Of a stretch of DNA of 64,000 nucleotides, positions 38,316 to 48,203 are shown piece by piece (positions within the stretch are counted from its first letter, which is position 1; each line of letters starts with the position of its first letter). A program made the position numbers and the translations under genes. The stretch covers positions 4,652 to 68,651 of the forward strand of contig JADKZZ010000155.1 in assembly GCA_020848475.1 (NCBI GenBank), read 5' to 3'. The notes beneath the pieces were generated by a model, which made no database searches, was not told the origin of the DNA, and saw only the letters and a list, made by a program, of their open reading frames with translations. This DNA comes from Chitinophagales bacterium. GTDB lineage: Bacteria; Bacteroidota; Bacteroidia; Chitinophagales; JADIYW01.

Positions 38316-39587
38316 TTAGCTATTATTGAGCACTGTCTGCTTATTTTCTTGTCTCACCAAACACAATCCTATCAAAATAAATGGTATTGCAATTGACCGA
38401 TAACGTACTATTGCACCAGAATTGTTTACTATTAATCCTATTAAGAATAGCGTGCTTAAGCCAAATAAGATACAAAAAAGCGCGTAAGGATTTTTTATCA
38501 CCAATTTTAGGTTAGATGAAAACAGTAAAGCTACTATTGTAAGTAATAGTATAATGGATTCGAAAGAAGCTAAATAAGCTAAGAAATAATTACAATCATT
38601 GGGCAAAGGTCGAATAAATGGATTTGTAAAAGCTTCCCAAAGTAGAATAAGAACGCCTTTGAAATTATGTGGTAAATGCTCTACTTGAAAAGACATATTT
38701 CCAGGTGAATTTAAAAAATATGTTCTTCTACTTAAAAATTCATGTGTAAGACTAAAATTTGGAATAATCAAATCTAACAGCAACAAAACAAACACCAAAA
38801 GCATTGCGGACAAAGCAATTACTTTTAAATAAGATGTTTTAATTTCTAATTTATTATACAAGGCAATTGAACCCATTAATGGCAATAAAAATGCCAATAA
38901 ATATATACGCGTATAACCTAAGATAAACAAACCAGCAATGGCAAATAAAATATTGCGATTAGTATGTTTTGCTGTTAAAACAATATCCATATTATACAAT
39001 ATGATGCCCAATGCAAAAATAACAATAGATTCTTTATGGATTCCTGATGTCCAAAATACAATAGAAGGAATTCCAAATAAAATAAATTGTACCATTTTTA
39101 GATGGCGCACTTTGTCTTGAAAAAACAAGTAGAGATTATACGTTCCAATAAATGACAAGAATGCAAAAATGATAGCATGCACATTATATACACCAAATGA
39201 AAATGGACGCAACAATGCATTTAATCGAACGATAAAATAATTACTGCTATCAAACCAAAAATGCATCGCATCTGTATATGGCAATAAATAAGCTGGAACA
39301 GGCTTGAAATCATTGCTACCTATTGCCAATTTAAAATAAACAAACGGATCTGTTTTCAGTGTTTTATAAATAATTTCACCATCATAAAAATATAAGAATG
39401 TATCATTGCCTGTTAAAATTCCATTTCTAAAAAAAAAGCCAAATAATAATGCACTAAACACTTTCAAGGAAAAACCTATATATAGTACATTCCGCGAAAT
39501 CGAAGGAACAGGAAATAGCCTTTTATTACTTATCAGAAATAAGAATAATAAAAAATAAAATGTTGGCGCTAATAATTCTTGCAACAT
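38316..39587 (-). CDS. polytopic integral membrane protein, function unknown (possibly GT-C/polymerase-like)
   Basis: 423 aa from MLQELLAPTFYF, with more than 10 hydrophobic segments. I recognise no motif. The track start (39710) would overlap purL, so the internal Met is preferred. Confidence 0.45.
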   Translation of the reverse strand: MLQELLAPTFYFLLFLFLISNKRLFPVPSISRNVLYIGFSLKVFSALLFGFFFRNGILTGNDTFLYFYDGEIIYKTLKTDPFVYFKLAIGSNDFKPVPAYLLPYTDAMHFWFDSSNYFIVRLNALLRPFSFGVYNVHAIIFAFLSFIGTYNLYLFFQDKVRHLKMVQFILFGIPSIVFWTSGIHKESIVIFALGIILYNMDIVLTAKHTNRNILFAIAGLFILGYTRIYLLAFLLPLMGSIALYNKLEIKTSYLKVIALSAMLLVFVLLLLDLIIPNFSLTHEFLSRRTYFLNSPGNMSFQVEHLPHNFKGVLILLWEAFTNPFIRPLPNDCNYFLAYLASFESIILLLTIVALLFSSNLKLVIKNPYALFCILFGLSTLFLIGLIVNNSGAIVRYRSIAIPFILIGLCLVRQENKQTVLNNS

Positions 39588-39685
39588 GGCTATACGACGT
39601 AAATTTACACTTTTTATTGTAATGATAATAATTATTCCAAATTGGTAAATAAGAAATCCGTAATTTTGAGCTGAATTATTAATAT

Positions 39686-41914
39686 ATGTCAACTCCAATT
39701 CAGCAACCACAAGTCAACGAAGAAATAGCAAAATCATTGGGATTATTGCCGGAAGAATATCAAAAAATACAAGATATACTAGGTCGCATTCCTACATTTA
39801 CAGAATTAAGTGTTTATTCAGTCATGTGGAGTGAACATTGCAGTTATAAAAACTCCATAAAATATTTAAAGAAATTACCGAGAAAAGGTAAAGCATTATT
39901 AGTAGAAGCTGGAGAAGAAAATGCTGGTTTAGTAGATATTGGCGATGGTTGGGCTTGTGCTTTCAAAATAGAATCTCATAATCATCCTAGTGCCGTAGAA
40001 CCATTTCAAGGTGCAGCAACTGGCGTTGGTGGTATTTCTCGAGACATATTCACTATGGGCGCTCGACCGATTGCATCGCTCAACTCATTGCGCTTTGGAA
40101 ATTTAGATAATAAACGAACTCAACACTTATTAAAAGGTGTAGTGAAAGGCATATCACATTATGGCAACTGTTTCGGTGTACCTACAGTTGCTGGTGAGGT
40201 TTATTTTGATGATTGCTACCAAGTGAATCCATTAGTAAATGCCATGAGTGTTGGTATTGTAAAAGTTGGTGAAACTATTTCTGCAACTTCAGCAGGTGTC
40301 GGCAATCCAATTTATATCGTTGGTGCCTCCACAGGCAAAGATGGTATTCATGGTGCTACATTTGCATCTGAAGATTTAGGTGAAGATGCGGAAGATAAAA
40401 TACCATCTGTTCAAGTTGGTGATCCATTTACAGAAAAATTACTTTTAGAAGCGACTTTAGAAGTCATTAAAACAGGCGCTGTGGTAGGCATGCAAGACAT
40501 GGGCGCAGCTGGTATTACTTGCTCCACCAACGAAATGAGCGCAAAAGGCGAACATGGGATGAAAATATGGTTAGACAAAGTGCCGACTCGCCAAAAGAAC
40601 ATGCAACCTTTCGAAATACTTTTATCAGAATCGCAAGAGCGAATGCTTATTGTAGTTCAAAAAGGTAAAGAAAAAGAAGTTGAAGCAGTTTTTGAAAAAT
40701 GGGATTTACATTGTGCCATTATTGGCGAAGTTACAGCAGGTAATTTAGTGCAATATTACATGCATGATACGATAGTAGCGGAAGTACCAGCAGACACCTT
40801 GGTGCTTGGCGGAGGCGCTCCGGTGTATGAGCGTTCATACAAACAACCTAGCTACCATGCAAAAAGAGATGAATTTATTTTAGATGATAAAGTACCATTT
40901 CCAAAAAGCTATATAGACGTAGCAAAAATGCTGGTGCAACATCCAAACATTGCATCAAAGCGTTTTGTATATAAACAATACGATTCTATGGTTGGCATCA
41001 ACAATGTATCTACTAACAGACCAAGCGATGCTGCTGTTATTCGTTTAAAAGATTCGAAAAAAGGATTAGTAGTTACTGTCGATTGCAACTCGAGATATGT
41101 ACATGCTGATGCCTATAAAGGTGGCGCAATTGCTGTTTCTGAAGCTGCAAGAAATATTGTGTGCACTGGCGCAAAACCGGTAGCCATTACCAATTGCTTG
41201 AATTTTGGCAATCCTTACGACGAAGAAGTCTATTGGAATTTCGTACATGCACTGCAAGGAATGGGTGATGCTTGTATGCAATTTGACACACCAGTAACTG
41301 GTGGCAATGTTTCCTTCTACAATCAATCACCCAACAGAGCAGTAAATCCAACACCAACGATTGGCATGCTTGGTATTATTGAAGATGTGGACAATATCAT
41401 GACATTAGATTTCAAACAAGAAGGCGACTTAATTTATCTAATTGGTGAAAGTAAGAATGACATTGGTAGCTCAGAATATCTTGTTCAATACCATAAAGTA
41501 GAATTATCTCCTGCACCATATTTTGACTTACAAGAAGAAGCAAAAATACAAGATGCTGTTGCCAGTTTAATTGACAAGAAACTCATTCAATCAGCTCACG
41601 ACCTTAGCGAAGGCGGTTTGTTTATTGCCGTTTTAGAAAGCGCTATGACAAGAAATTTCGGTTTTGAAATTAATACCTGCTCTACGATACGAAAAGACGC
41701 TTGTTTATTTGGCGAAGGTCAAAGCCGTGTTGTTGTTTCTATTCGTGCAAATGAAAAAGAAAATTTCGAATCTCGCTTGAAATCTAATAATATTCCAAAT
41801 CAATTAATCGGCACCGTCAAAGGAAATAATATCATTGTTGATGGTGAAAATTATGGAACGATAGCTGAGTACAAAGAACTGTATGACACTGCAATAGAAA
41901 AATATTTTGTGTAG
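39686..41914 (+). CDS. purL: phosphoribosylformylglycinamidine synthase subunit PurL (small/split type)
   Basis: 742-aa ORF with SEHCSYK, ESHNHPS, GGISRDIF and duplicated AIR-synthase-like domains. The size is that of the PurL subunit that works with PurQ/PurS. Confidence 0.9.
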   Translation: MSTPIQQPQVNEEIAKSLGLLPEEYQKIQDILGRIPTFTELSVYSVMWSEHCSYKNSIKYLKKLPRKGKALLVEAGEENAGLVDIGDGWACAFKIESHNHPSAVEPFQGAATGVGGISRDIFTMGARPIASLNSLRFGNLDNKRTQHLLKGVVKGISHYGNCFGVPTVAGEVYFDDCYQVNPLVNAMSVGIVKVGETISATSAGVGNPIYIVGASTGKDGIHGATFASEDLGEDAEDKIPSVQVGDPFTEKLLLEATLEVIKTGAVVGMQDMGAAGITCSTNEMSAKGEHGMKIWLDKVPTRQKNMQPFEILLSESQERMLIVVQKGKEKEVEAVFEKWDLHCAIIGEVTAGNLVQYYMHDTIVAEVPADTLVLGGGAPVYERSYKQPSYHAKRDEFILDDKVPFPKSYIDVAKMLVQHPNIASKRFVYKQYDSMVGINNVSTNRPSDAAVIRLKDSKKGLVVTVDCNSRYVHADAYKGGAIAVSEAARNIVCTGAKPVAITNCLNFGNPYDEEVYWNFVHALQGMGDACMQFDTPVTGGNVSFYNQSPNRAVNPTPTIGMLGIIEDVDNIMTLDFKQEGDLIYLIGESKNDIGSSEYLVQYHKVELSPAPYFDLQEEAKIQDAVASLIDKKLIQSAHDLSEGGLFIAVLESAMTRNFGFEINTCSTIRKDACLFGEGQSRVVVSIRANEKENFESRLKSNNIPNQLIGTVKGNNIIVDGENYGTIAEYKELYDTAIEKYFV

Positions 41915-42063
41915 GAATACGCTAACGTGAGCTAGTAAAAAAATAGACACAATTTTACTTAAGTTGAAATATAAAAAGCACTAATATAAGCGTGTGCCTT
42001 TCAACATATTTCTACATTTTTCCACATACAATTTGTTAAAATGAAAAACGTTTGGAACTGTTG

Positions 42064-42071
42064 TATCTTTG
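42064..42071 (+). promoter_or_regulatory. -7 promoter box (TATCTTTG) for gcvP
   Basis: TAnnTTTG match 25 nt upstream of the preferred ATG (42097). Confidence 0.5.
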
Positions 42072-42096
42072 CGCGATAAACATTCAAACAATTCTC

Positions 42097-44958
42097 ATGC
42101 AAAACGAATTTCAATTGCGCCACATTGGGCCACGTCCTTCAGATGTTGAAGCCATGTTACAAACCATTGGTGTAAATTCTTTGACACAATTAATAGAAGA
42201 AGCTGTTCCGGCAAACATCAGAATGAAACACACTTTGTTGATAGGAGAACCACAAACTGAGTTTCAGTATTTACAAGAATTGAAAGAGAAAGCTGCAAAA
42301 AATAAAGTTTGTAAAAACTATATCGGCCTTGGTTATTACGGCACTATTACACCTGGTGTTATACAACGCAATATTTTCGAAAATCCAGGTTGGTACACAC
42401 AATACACACCTTATCAAGCAGAAATTTCACAAGGCAGATTGGAGGCTTTATTAAACTTCCAAACAATGATATCAGACCTTACGGGTTTGCCTATTGCAAA
42501 TGCCTCTTTATTAGACGAAGGCACTGCTGTTGCCGAGGCAATGCACGTATTATTTGAAATCAGAAATAAATCAAAAAACAAACCGCAAGCGCATAAAATA
42601 TTCATTGACAAACACACTTTGCCGCAAACGATAGATGTGGTTGTAGGCCGTGCATTACCTTTAAATATTGAAGTAGTTGTAGATGATTATAAAAACTTTA
42701 CACCAAGTGAAGCATTCTTTGCTGCAGTAGTTCAATATCCGAATGCATCGGGCGCTATTGAAGATTACACTGCATTTACTACTGCTTGTAATTCACAAGA
42801 AGTATATACAGTATTTGCATGTGATTTACTAAGTTTAGCACTATTGTCATCACCAGGCGAATTGGGTGCAGACATTGCTGTCGGAAATTCACAACGATTT
42901 GGTGTGCCGATGGGTTTTGGTGGACCGCATGCAGCATTTTTTGCATGTAAAGAAGAATTCGTTCGACTTATTCCAGGTCGATTGATTGGTATATCTGTGG
43001 ACAAACACGGTAATCGTGCTTTGCGTATGGCATTGCAAACACGAGAGCAACACATTAAACGCGAGAAAGCCACATCAAACATCTGTACTGCTCAAGCATT
43101 ATTGGCCATCATGGCAAGTATGTATGCTGTATATCATGGAAAAGAAGGCATAAAAGAAATTGCACAAAAAACACATAACAATGCTGTTGCATTAGCCAAT
43201 GAATTAAAAAAATTGGGCTTTGGCAATAAGAATACATTTTTCTTTGATACACTAAAAATTGATAGCAAAGGAAAGGCAGATACAATTAAAAAAATTGCGG
43301 AAAACAATGCATATAATTTTTGGTTTAACCAAGATGGAACCATTCAAATTAGCTTAGACGAAACAACTACACAAGCTGATGTAGAAAAAGTAGCAAGCAT
43401 TTTTGCTGAATCAATTGGTGCGAATTATGTTTCGAGCTATTTAGATAATCCAGCTGTACAAATTCCAGAAAATTTACAACGTACATCAGACTTTCTCACA
43501 CATGACGTATTCAATTCCCATCAATCTGAGACAGAGATGTTGCGTTATATCAAACGTTTGGAAGCAAAAGATTTGTCATTATGTTTTTCTATGATTCCTT
43601 TAGGAAGCTGCACAATGAAACTAAATGCTACGACAGAATTAGTTCCATTAAGCTGGCCAGAATTTGCACACATACATCCTTTTCAGCCGGCAAATCAAGT
43701 ACAAGGTTATCTAGAAATCATTCATGAATTAGAAGCTCAATTGTCCAATATTACTGGATTTGCAGCTACCTCACTACAACCAAACTCAGGTGCTCAAGGC
43801 GAGTATGCAGGATTAATGGTGATTCGTGCATATCATTTAGCAAAAGGTGACACACATCGAAATGTAGCCTTAATTCCAACATCTGCACATGGAACAAATC
43901 CTGCTAGCGCTGCTATGGCAGGCATGGAAATTGTATTGGTAAAATCAACGCCAGAAGGCAATATTGACGTAGAAGATCTAAAGGTAAAAGCAGCGCAATA
44001 TGCTGCAAACTTATCTTGCTTAATGGTCACTTATCCATCTACGCATGGTGTGTTTGAAGAGACTATTATTGAAATATGTGATACCATTCACCAATACGGC
44101 GGTAAAGTATATATGGATGGTGCAAACATGAATGCACAAGTTGGCTTAACTTCGCCTGCATCAATTGGCGCTGATGTTAACCACATCAATTTGCATAAAA
44201 CATTTGCCATACCACACGGCGGCGGTGGTCCAGGCATGGGTCCAATTTGTTGTACATCAGAATTAGCACCATATTTACCATCAAATCCTTTAGTAAAAAC
44301 AGGTGGTGCCAATGCAATTCCTGCTATTTCTGCTGCACCATTCGGTAGTGCTGCCATATTATTGATTTCTTATGCCTACAATAAAATGTTAGGCAGTGAG
44401 GGTGTCACTAATTCAACTAAATTTGCGATTTTAAATGCTAATTATTTAAAAGCAAAATTAGAGCAACACTATCCAATATTATACACCGGCGCAAATGGTC
44501 GTGTTGCCCACGAATTTATTATGGACATTAGACCGTTTAAGAAAGATACTGGCATAGATGCAGCAGACATTGCAAAAAGATTAATGGACTATGGTTACCA
44601 TGCACCAACAGTTGCATTTCCAGTGCCAGGTACATTAATGATAGAACCAACTGAGAGCGAGAGCAAAGAAGAATTAGATAAATTCTGTAGCGCACTAATC
44701 AGTATAAAAAAAGAATTAGATAATATCAGTGCACAAATTACGAGTGTAGCAGATAATCCAATTATAAATGCACCACATGTAGCGGCTGAAGTCATTGCTA
44801 GCGAATGGAATCACTGCTACAGCAGAGAAACAGCAGCATTTCCATTGGAATACGTAAAAACAACAAAATTTTGGCCATCTGTTGCTAAAATAGACAACAC
44901 CTATGGCGACAGGAATTTAGTATGTACATGTTTGCCAACGGAAGCCTATGCTAAATAA
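42097..44958 (+). CDS. gcvP: glycine dehydrogenase (aminomethyl-transferring), glycine cleavage system P protein, single-chain form
   Basis: 953 aa from MQNEFQLRHIGP, with TPYQAEISQGRLEALLNFQ and NLHKTFAIPHGGGGPG (PLP Lys). It is a full-length fused alpha-beta form. Confidence 0.95.
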   Translation: MQNEFQLRHIGPRPSDVEAMLQTIGVNSLTQLIEEAVPANIRMKHTLLIGEPQTEFQYLQELKEKAAKNKVCKNYIGLGYYGTITPGVIQRNIFENPGWYTQYTPYQAEISQGRLEALLNFQTMISDLTGLPIANASLLDEGTAVAEAMHVLFEIRNKSKNKPQAHKIFIDKHTLPQTIDVVVGRALPLNIEVVVDDYKNFTPSEAFFAAVVQYPNASGAIEDYTAFTTACNSQEVYTVFACDLLSLALLSSPGELGADIAVGNSQRFGVPMGFGGPHAAFFACKEEFVRLIPGRLIGISVDKHGNRALRMALQTREQHIKREKATSNICTAQALLAIMASMYAVYHGKEGIKEIAQKTHNNAVALANELKKLGFGNKNTFFFDTLKIDSKGKADTIKKIAENNAYNFWFNQDGTIQISLDETTTQADVEKVASIFAESIGANYVSSYLDNPAVQIPENLQRTSDFLTHDVFNSHQSETEMLRYIKRLEAKDLSLCFSMIPLGSCTMKLNATTELVPLSWPEFAHIHPFQPANQVQGYLEIIHELEAQLSNITGFAATSLQPNSGAQGEYAGLMVIRAYHLAKGDTHRNVALIPTSAHGTNPASAAMAGMEIVLVKSTPEGNIDVEDLKVKAAQYAANLSCLMVTYPSTHGVFEETIIEICDTIHQYGGKVYMDGANMNAQVGLTSPASIGADVNHINLHKTFAIPHGGGGPGMGPICCTSELAPYLPSNPLVKTGGANAIPAISAAPFGSAAILLISYAYNKMLGSEGVTNSTKFAILNANYLKAKLEQHYPILYTGANGRVAHEFIMDIRPFKKDTGIDAADIAKRLMDYGYHAPTVAFPVPGTLMIEPTESESKEELDKFCSALISIKKELDNISAQITSVADNPIINAPHVAAEVIASEWNHCYSRETAAFPLEYVKTTKFWPSVAKIDNTYGDRNLVCTCLPTEAYAK

Positions 44959-45027
44959 GCATAAGTGCTTGAATTCGCTGATAAAACTATTATCTGAAGA
45001 ATAAATATTTCAAAATATATAATTTGG

Positions 45028-45059
45028 CTGCCTCTTTTTCAGAGGCAGTTATATTTTTA
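45028..45059 (+). terminator. intrinsic terminator after gcvP
   Basis: Stem ctgcctct / agaggcag with loop ttttc, followed by a T-rich tract (ttatattttta). Confidence 0.55.
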
Positions 45060-45473
45060 TGGTAAAAGTTGAGTATTACAATGTCAATATATACAATGAA
45101 ATAAAAAGAAATGGCATGTAATTTCGATTTTCAAAGCCAATTCAAGATTAAATTCAATAGAATTCAATGTTAAAACGGTGTAAAAAAAGTCACTAAATGA
45201 ATAATAAAAAACCATAATAAATACTGACAATGAACCACTTATAAATATAAATAACTTAAAACATTAGTCACATAAAAAATAAAGTTGATACTTCTGATGA
45301 AAATATTAGTTACATCTTTGTATCAGATAAGAAGTAAGAACACTTATCGGGGAACTAAACTAACTTATTACATTTCATAAAAACCCAAAATGAAACTAAC
45401 TATTTCTCTGAAAGATTTTCTTACATTATTTATTGGTATTTGGCTGTAAAAAGCTGATGTTAAAAGTATAGAC

Positions 45474-45508
45474 AAAAAAAATCGGGTTTTGCATTGCACA
45501 AAACCCGA
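45474..45508 (-). terminator. orphan intrinsic terminator on the minus strand
   Basis: 10-bp perfect stem tcgggttttg / caaaacccga (45482-45491 / 45499-45508). On the minus strand a U8 run (A8 at 45474-45481 on plus) follows immediately. No minus-strand ORF lies upstream of it. Confidence 0.5.
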
Positions 45509-45540
45509 AAGACCCTAAAGTCTAGAAACATAAAAACCCT
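45474..45540 (-). ncRNA. candidate small RNA of about 65 nt (hypothetical)
   Basis: A minus-strand -7 box TAACTTTG (plus-strand caaagtta, 45545-45552) lies about 40 nt upstream of the orphan minus-strand terminator. There is no ORF in between. The call rests on promoter and terminator geometry only. Confidence 0.2.
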
Positions 45541-45546
45541 ATTGCA

Positions 45547-45597
45547 AAGTTAAACAACTTTTTGTATTTCGCAACTAGTTGTTTAACTTTTTTTTAT
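45547..45597 (+). terminator. orphan intrinsic terminator on the plus strand, upstream of the mltG promoter
   Basis: 12-bp perfect stem aagttaaacaac / gttgtttaactt (45547-45558 / 45578-45589) with a 19-nt loop, running into a T9 tract. It lies about 490 nt beyond the gcvP terminator. Confidence 0.45.
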
Positions 45598-45620
45598 TTT
45601 ATTTTAATTATTTTTCTCAA

Positions 45621-45628
45621 TATCTTTG
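45621..45628 (+). promoter_or_regulatory. -7 promoter box (TATCTTTG) for mltG
   Basis: TAnnTTTG match 31 nt upstream of the ATG at 45660. Confidence 0.5.
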
Positions 45629-45659
45629 TAACACAATTAAAATCAATAGATTACGCCTT

Positions 45660-46703
45660 ATGCTTATGAAAAAAAAAATTTCAATTTTCTTGATAATTAT
45701 CCTTTGTTTACTCCTAATTGCATTTATTTTCACCTATAAACTATTATTTGCAGATAATATAAATGACAATCAAACACAAAAACAACACCTATTTTTCGTA
45801 CACACAGGTTCTTCTTACAATGACGTATTGCTTGCACTAAAAAAGCAACATCTTATAAAAGACATGAGCACATTTAAGTTGCTTGCAGAGAAGCTTAATT
45901 ACAAACAGAACGTAAAACCAGGAAGATATGCTTTCGATAATTCAAGTGGCAATTTAACGATTTTGAGAAAACTGCGTTCAGGAAGTCAAGAACCAGTAAA
46001 AATTACTTTTAACAATATTCAAAACAAAGAGCAATTTGCTGAAAAAATTGCCAAACAAATAGAAGCATCTAAAGAGGAACTGTTAGGTGAGTTTAATAAT
46101 GCTCATTTCCTTGATTCGTTGCAACTGACAGAAGAAAACTTTCCGACTATTTTCTTAGCAAACACTTATGAGTTTTATTGGAATACTTCTGCCAGACAAT
46201 TTATTGATAGAATGCTGAAAGAGTATCATAAATTTTGGAATGAAGATAGGCTCGAAAAAGCACAAGCCATTGGCTTATCACCTACTGATGTAATCATTTT
46301 AGCTTCTATTATTCAAAAGGAATCTACACATTATGATGAATATCCAACCATCGCTGGTGTTTATTTAAACAGATTGAAAATAGGAATGCCTCTTCAAGCT
46401 GACCCAACAGTTTTGTTTGCTTTAAAAAAACTTGGTGTAAGCAGACGTGTGCTGCATGCTGATTTAAAAATAAAATCACCTTATAACACCTATCTTAACA
46501 AAGGTTTGCCACCTGGACCAATTTGCTTGCCCGAATTAAAGAGCATTGATGAAACTTTACAAGCAGAAGAACATAATTATATATATTTTTGTGCTAAAGA
46601 AGATTTTTCAGGATATGCAAATTTTGCTGAAACTTGGGAACAACATCAAGCTAATGCAAGAAAATATCAGCAAGCATTAAATGAAAGAAACATCAATCGA
46701 TAA
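45660..46703 (+). CDS. mltG: endolytic murein transglycosylase MltG (YceG family)
   Basis: Single N-terminal TM (MLMKKKISIFLIIILCLLLIAF), then YceG-like blocks ILASIIQKES, AGVYLNRLKIGMPLQADPTV, SPYNTYLNKGLPPGPI. The start is placed at 45660 (track 45579). Confidence 0.85.
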   Translation: MLMKKKISIFLIIILCLLLIAFIFTYKLLFADNINDNQTQKQHLFFVHTGSSYNDVLLALKKQHLIKDMSTFKLLAEKLNYKQNVKPGRYAFDNSSGNLTILRKLRSGSQEPVKITFNNIQNKEQFAEKIAKQIEASKEELLGEFNNAHFLDSLQLTEENFPTIFLANTYEFYWNTSARQFIDRMLKEYHKFWNEDRLEKAQAIGLSPTDVIILASIIQKESTHYDEYPTIAGVYLNRLKIGMPLQADPTVLFALKKLGVSRRVLHADLKIKSPYNTYLNKGLPPGPICLPELKSIDETLQAEEHNYIYFCAKEDFSGYANFAETWEQHQANARKYQQALNERNINR

Positions 46704-46711
46704 GCAAAGAC

Positions 46712-47185
46712 ATGTTTGAAGAAACAATACAACTAAGAGTGCGATATCATGATTGCGATCCTTTAGGAATAGTATATCATGGTCATTATGCAAAATTCTT
46801 CGAAATTGGCAGGACTGAGGCCATGCGTAAACATGATTTTTCGTACAAGAAATTGGAAGAACTTGGATACGCTATGCCAGTCGTTGAAATGAATATTAAA
46901 TATTTTAGACCAGCTCGCTATGATGAATTGATGAATATAAAAACTATAATAAAAGAATGGCCCGACAAAAGCATTGTTTTTATTGGTGAAATTTACAATC
47001 AACAACATCAATTACTGACGAGTAGCGAAACTAAATTTGTATATGTAAAAAAAGATTCACTTCGCAGATGTCATATTCCAGAAAAAGTATTAGAACACCT
47101 CACTCCTTTTTTTACAGAAGAATTAAAGAAAATTAAAGAAGAAAAAAAGGCAGCCATAAAAGCAAAAGCATCACATAAGATTTAG
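46712..47185 (+). CDS. acyl-CoA thioesterase, YbgC/4-hydroxybenzoyl-CoA thioesterase (hotdog) family
   Basis: 157-aa ORF with VRYHDCDPLGIVYHGHYAKFFEIGRTEAMR, the catalytic Asp region of 4HBT-type hotdog thioesterases. Confidence 0.8.
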   Translation: MFEETIQLRVRYHDCDPLGIVYHGHYAKFFEIGRTEAMRKHDFSYKKLEELGYAMPVVEMNIKYFRPARYDELMNIKTIIKEWPDKSIVFIGEIYNQQHQLLTSSETKFVYVKKDSLRRCHIPEKVLEHLTPFFTEELKKIKEEKKAAIKAKASHKI

Positions 47186-47240
47186 TTGTTGATATTAAAA
47201 TTTTAGAATATTTGCTAATTTTAAAATCAGTTTTGTTGTC

Positions 47241-48203
47241 ATGTCTATTCAAAAAGAAACTGAGAAATATAAACGACTTTTTCGTTCTGAAAAATTTCAG
47301 GATAAGCTAAAAAAGATGAGCATTCCAGGCTTTGAAGGCATTCCGATTTATGATGTATTTGTCAAGTTTAAAGAAGAAATTAAAAACGATGATTTGTCTA
47401 TTCGAGCATCTTCTATTTCTTTCTATTTTATCCTTGCCTTATTTCCTACTATCATTTTCTTTTTCTCACTCATTCCATATGTGCCAATCACAAATTTCGA
47501 TGAGAAAATAATGCATGGATTGAAGAGCGTTTTACCGATAAATGCATTCATAATTTTAGAAAGTACCATTCATAATATTGTGAGCAGACAACACGGTGGT
47601 GTATTATCAATAAATTTCTTTTTAGCCTTATTTGTTGCGTCGAATGGTGTAAATTCTATGATGAAAACATTCGACAAAATGAATCATACATTTAAAACGA
47701 GAAATTGGTGGCAAAAAAGATTTGCCGCTATTCGTATTCTTGTATTAGTTTGTTTGCAAATAATTATTGCAGTATTGCTCATTATTAAAGGCAATGAATT
47801 TTTGGCTTTTCTACTTCGATTTATTCATGCCGAAGACGAGCATACTTTGTTTGTTTTACATATTGTCAAATTATTTTTAATCGTGTTTAGCTTCTTTAAT
47901 ATCATTGCACTTATTTATTATTATGGTCCATCTGTAAAAAAGAAATATCGCTATTTTTCTGTCGGCGCAACATTTGCCACCATCATTTCGATTATAATGA
48001 CCTATGGCTTTCAAGTATATGCTTCTTATCTCAACAATTTCAATAGATTATTTGGCTCATTAGGTATTATGATAGTCATCATGATGCTGATTTATCTGAA
48101 TGCACTAGTGTTGCTTTTTGGGTTTGAATTAAATAATAGCATTGCCATCAATAAAGCGTTGCGCAACAACAACGATTATCAAACTAATCAAGATGAAGGT
48201 TAA
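47241..48203 (+). CDS. YihY/BrkB family membrane protein
   Basis: 320-aa ORF. ASSISFYFILALFPTIIFF near the N-terminus and six hydrophobic segments match the YihY (formerly 'RNase BN') family pattern. Confidence 0.75.
   Translation: MSIQKETEKYKRLFRSEKFQDKLKKMSIPGFEGIPIYDVFVKFKEEIKNDDLSIRASSISFYFILALFPTIIFFFSLIPYVPITNFDEKIMHGLKSVLPINAFIILESTIHNIVSRQHGGVLSINFFLALFVASNGVNSMMKTFDKMNHTFKTRNWWQKRFAAIRILVLVCLQIIIAVLLIIKGNEFLAFLLRFIHAEDEHTLFVLHIVKLFLIVFSFFNIIALIYYYGPSVKKKYRYFSVGATFATIISIIMTYGFQVYASYLNNFNRLFGSLGIMIVIMMLIYLNALVLLFGFELNNSIAINKALRNNNDYQTNQDEG

Noticed and set aside
39686-41914. Split-type PurL (742 aa) and purM located 6 kb apart with no purQ/purS nearby, considered as an anomaly
   Set aside because: Scattered purine genes and either PurL form occur in many bacteria. 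purQ/purS may simply be elsewhere in the genome. Nothing in the sequence itself is unusual.
41915-42096. Possible glycine riboswitch in front of gcvP
   Set aside because: The 180-nt leader region is AT-rich. It lacks the conserved GGAGAG...CACCGAAGGGGCAA-type cores of glycine riboswitch aptamers. Only a -7 promoter box is evident.
45390-45449. 19-codon hydrophobic mini-ORF (MKLTISLKDFLTLFIGIWL) inside the gcvP-mltG spacer
   Set aside because: An ORF this short is expected by chance. I found no convincing plus-strand TAnnTTTG box upstream, only the near-miss cATCTTTG at 45313-45320. It is kept only as a note in case plus-strand transcription ending at the 45547-45597 terminator is demonstrated.
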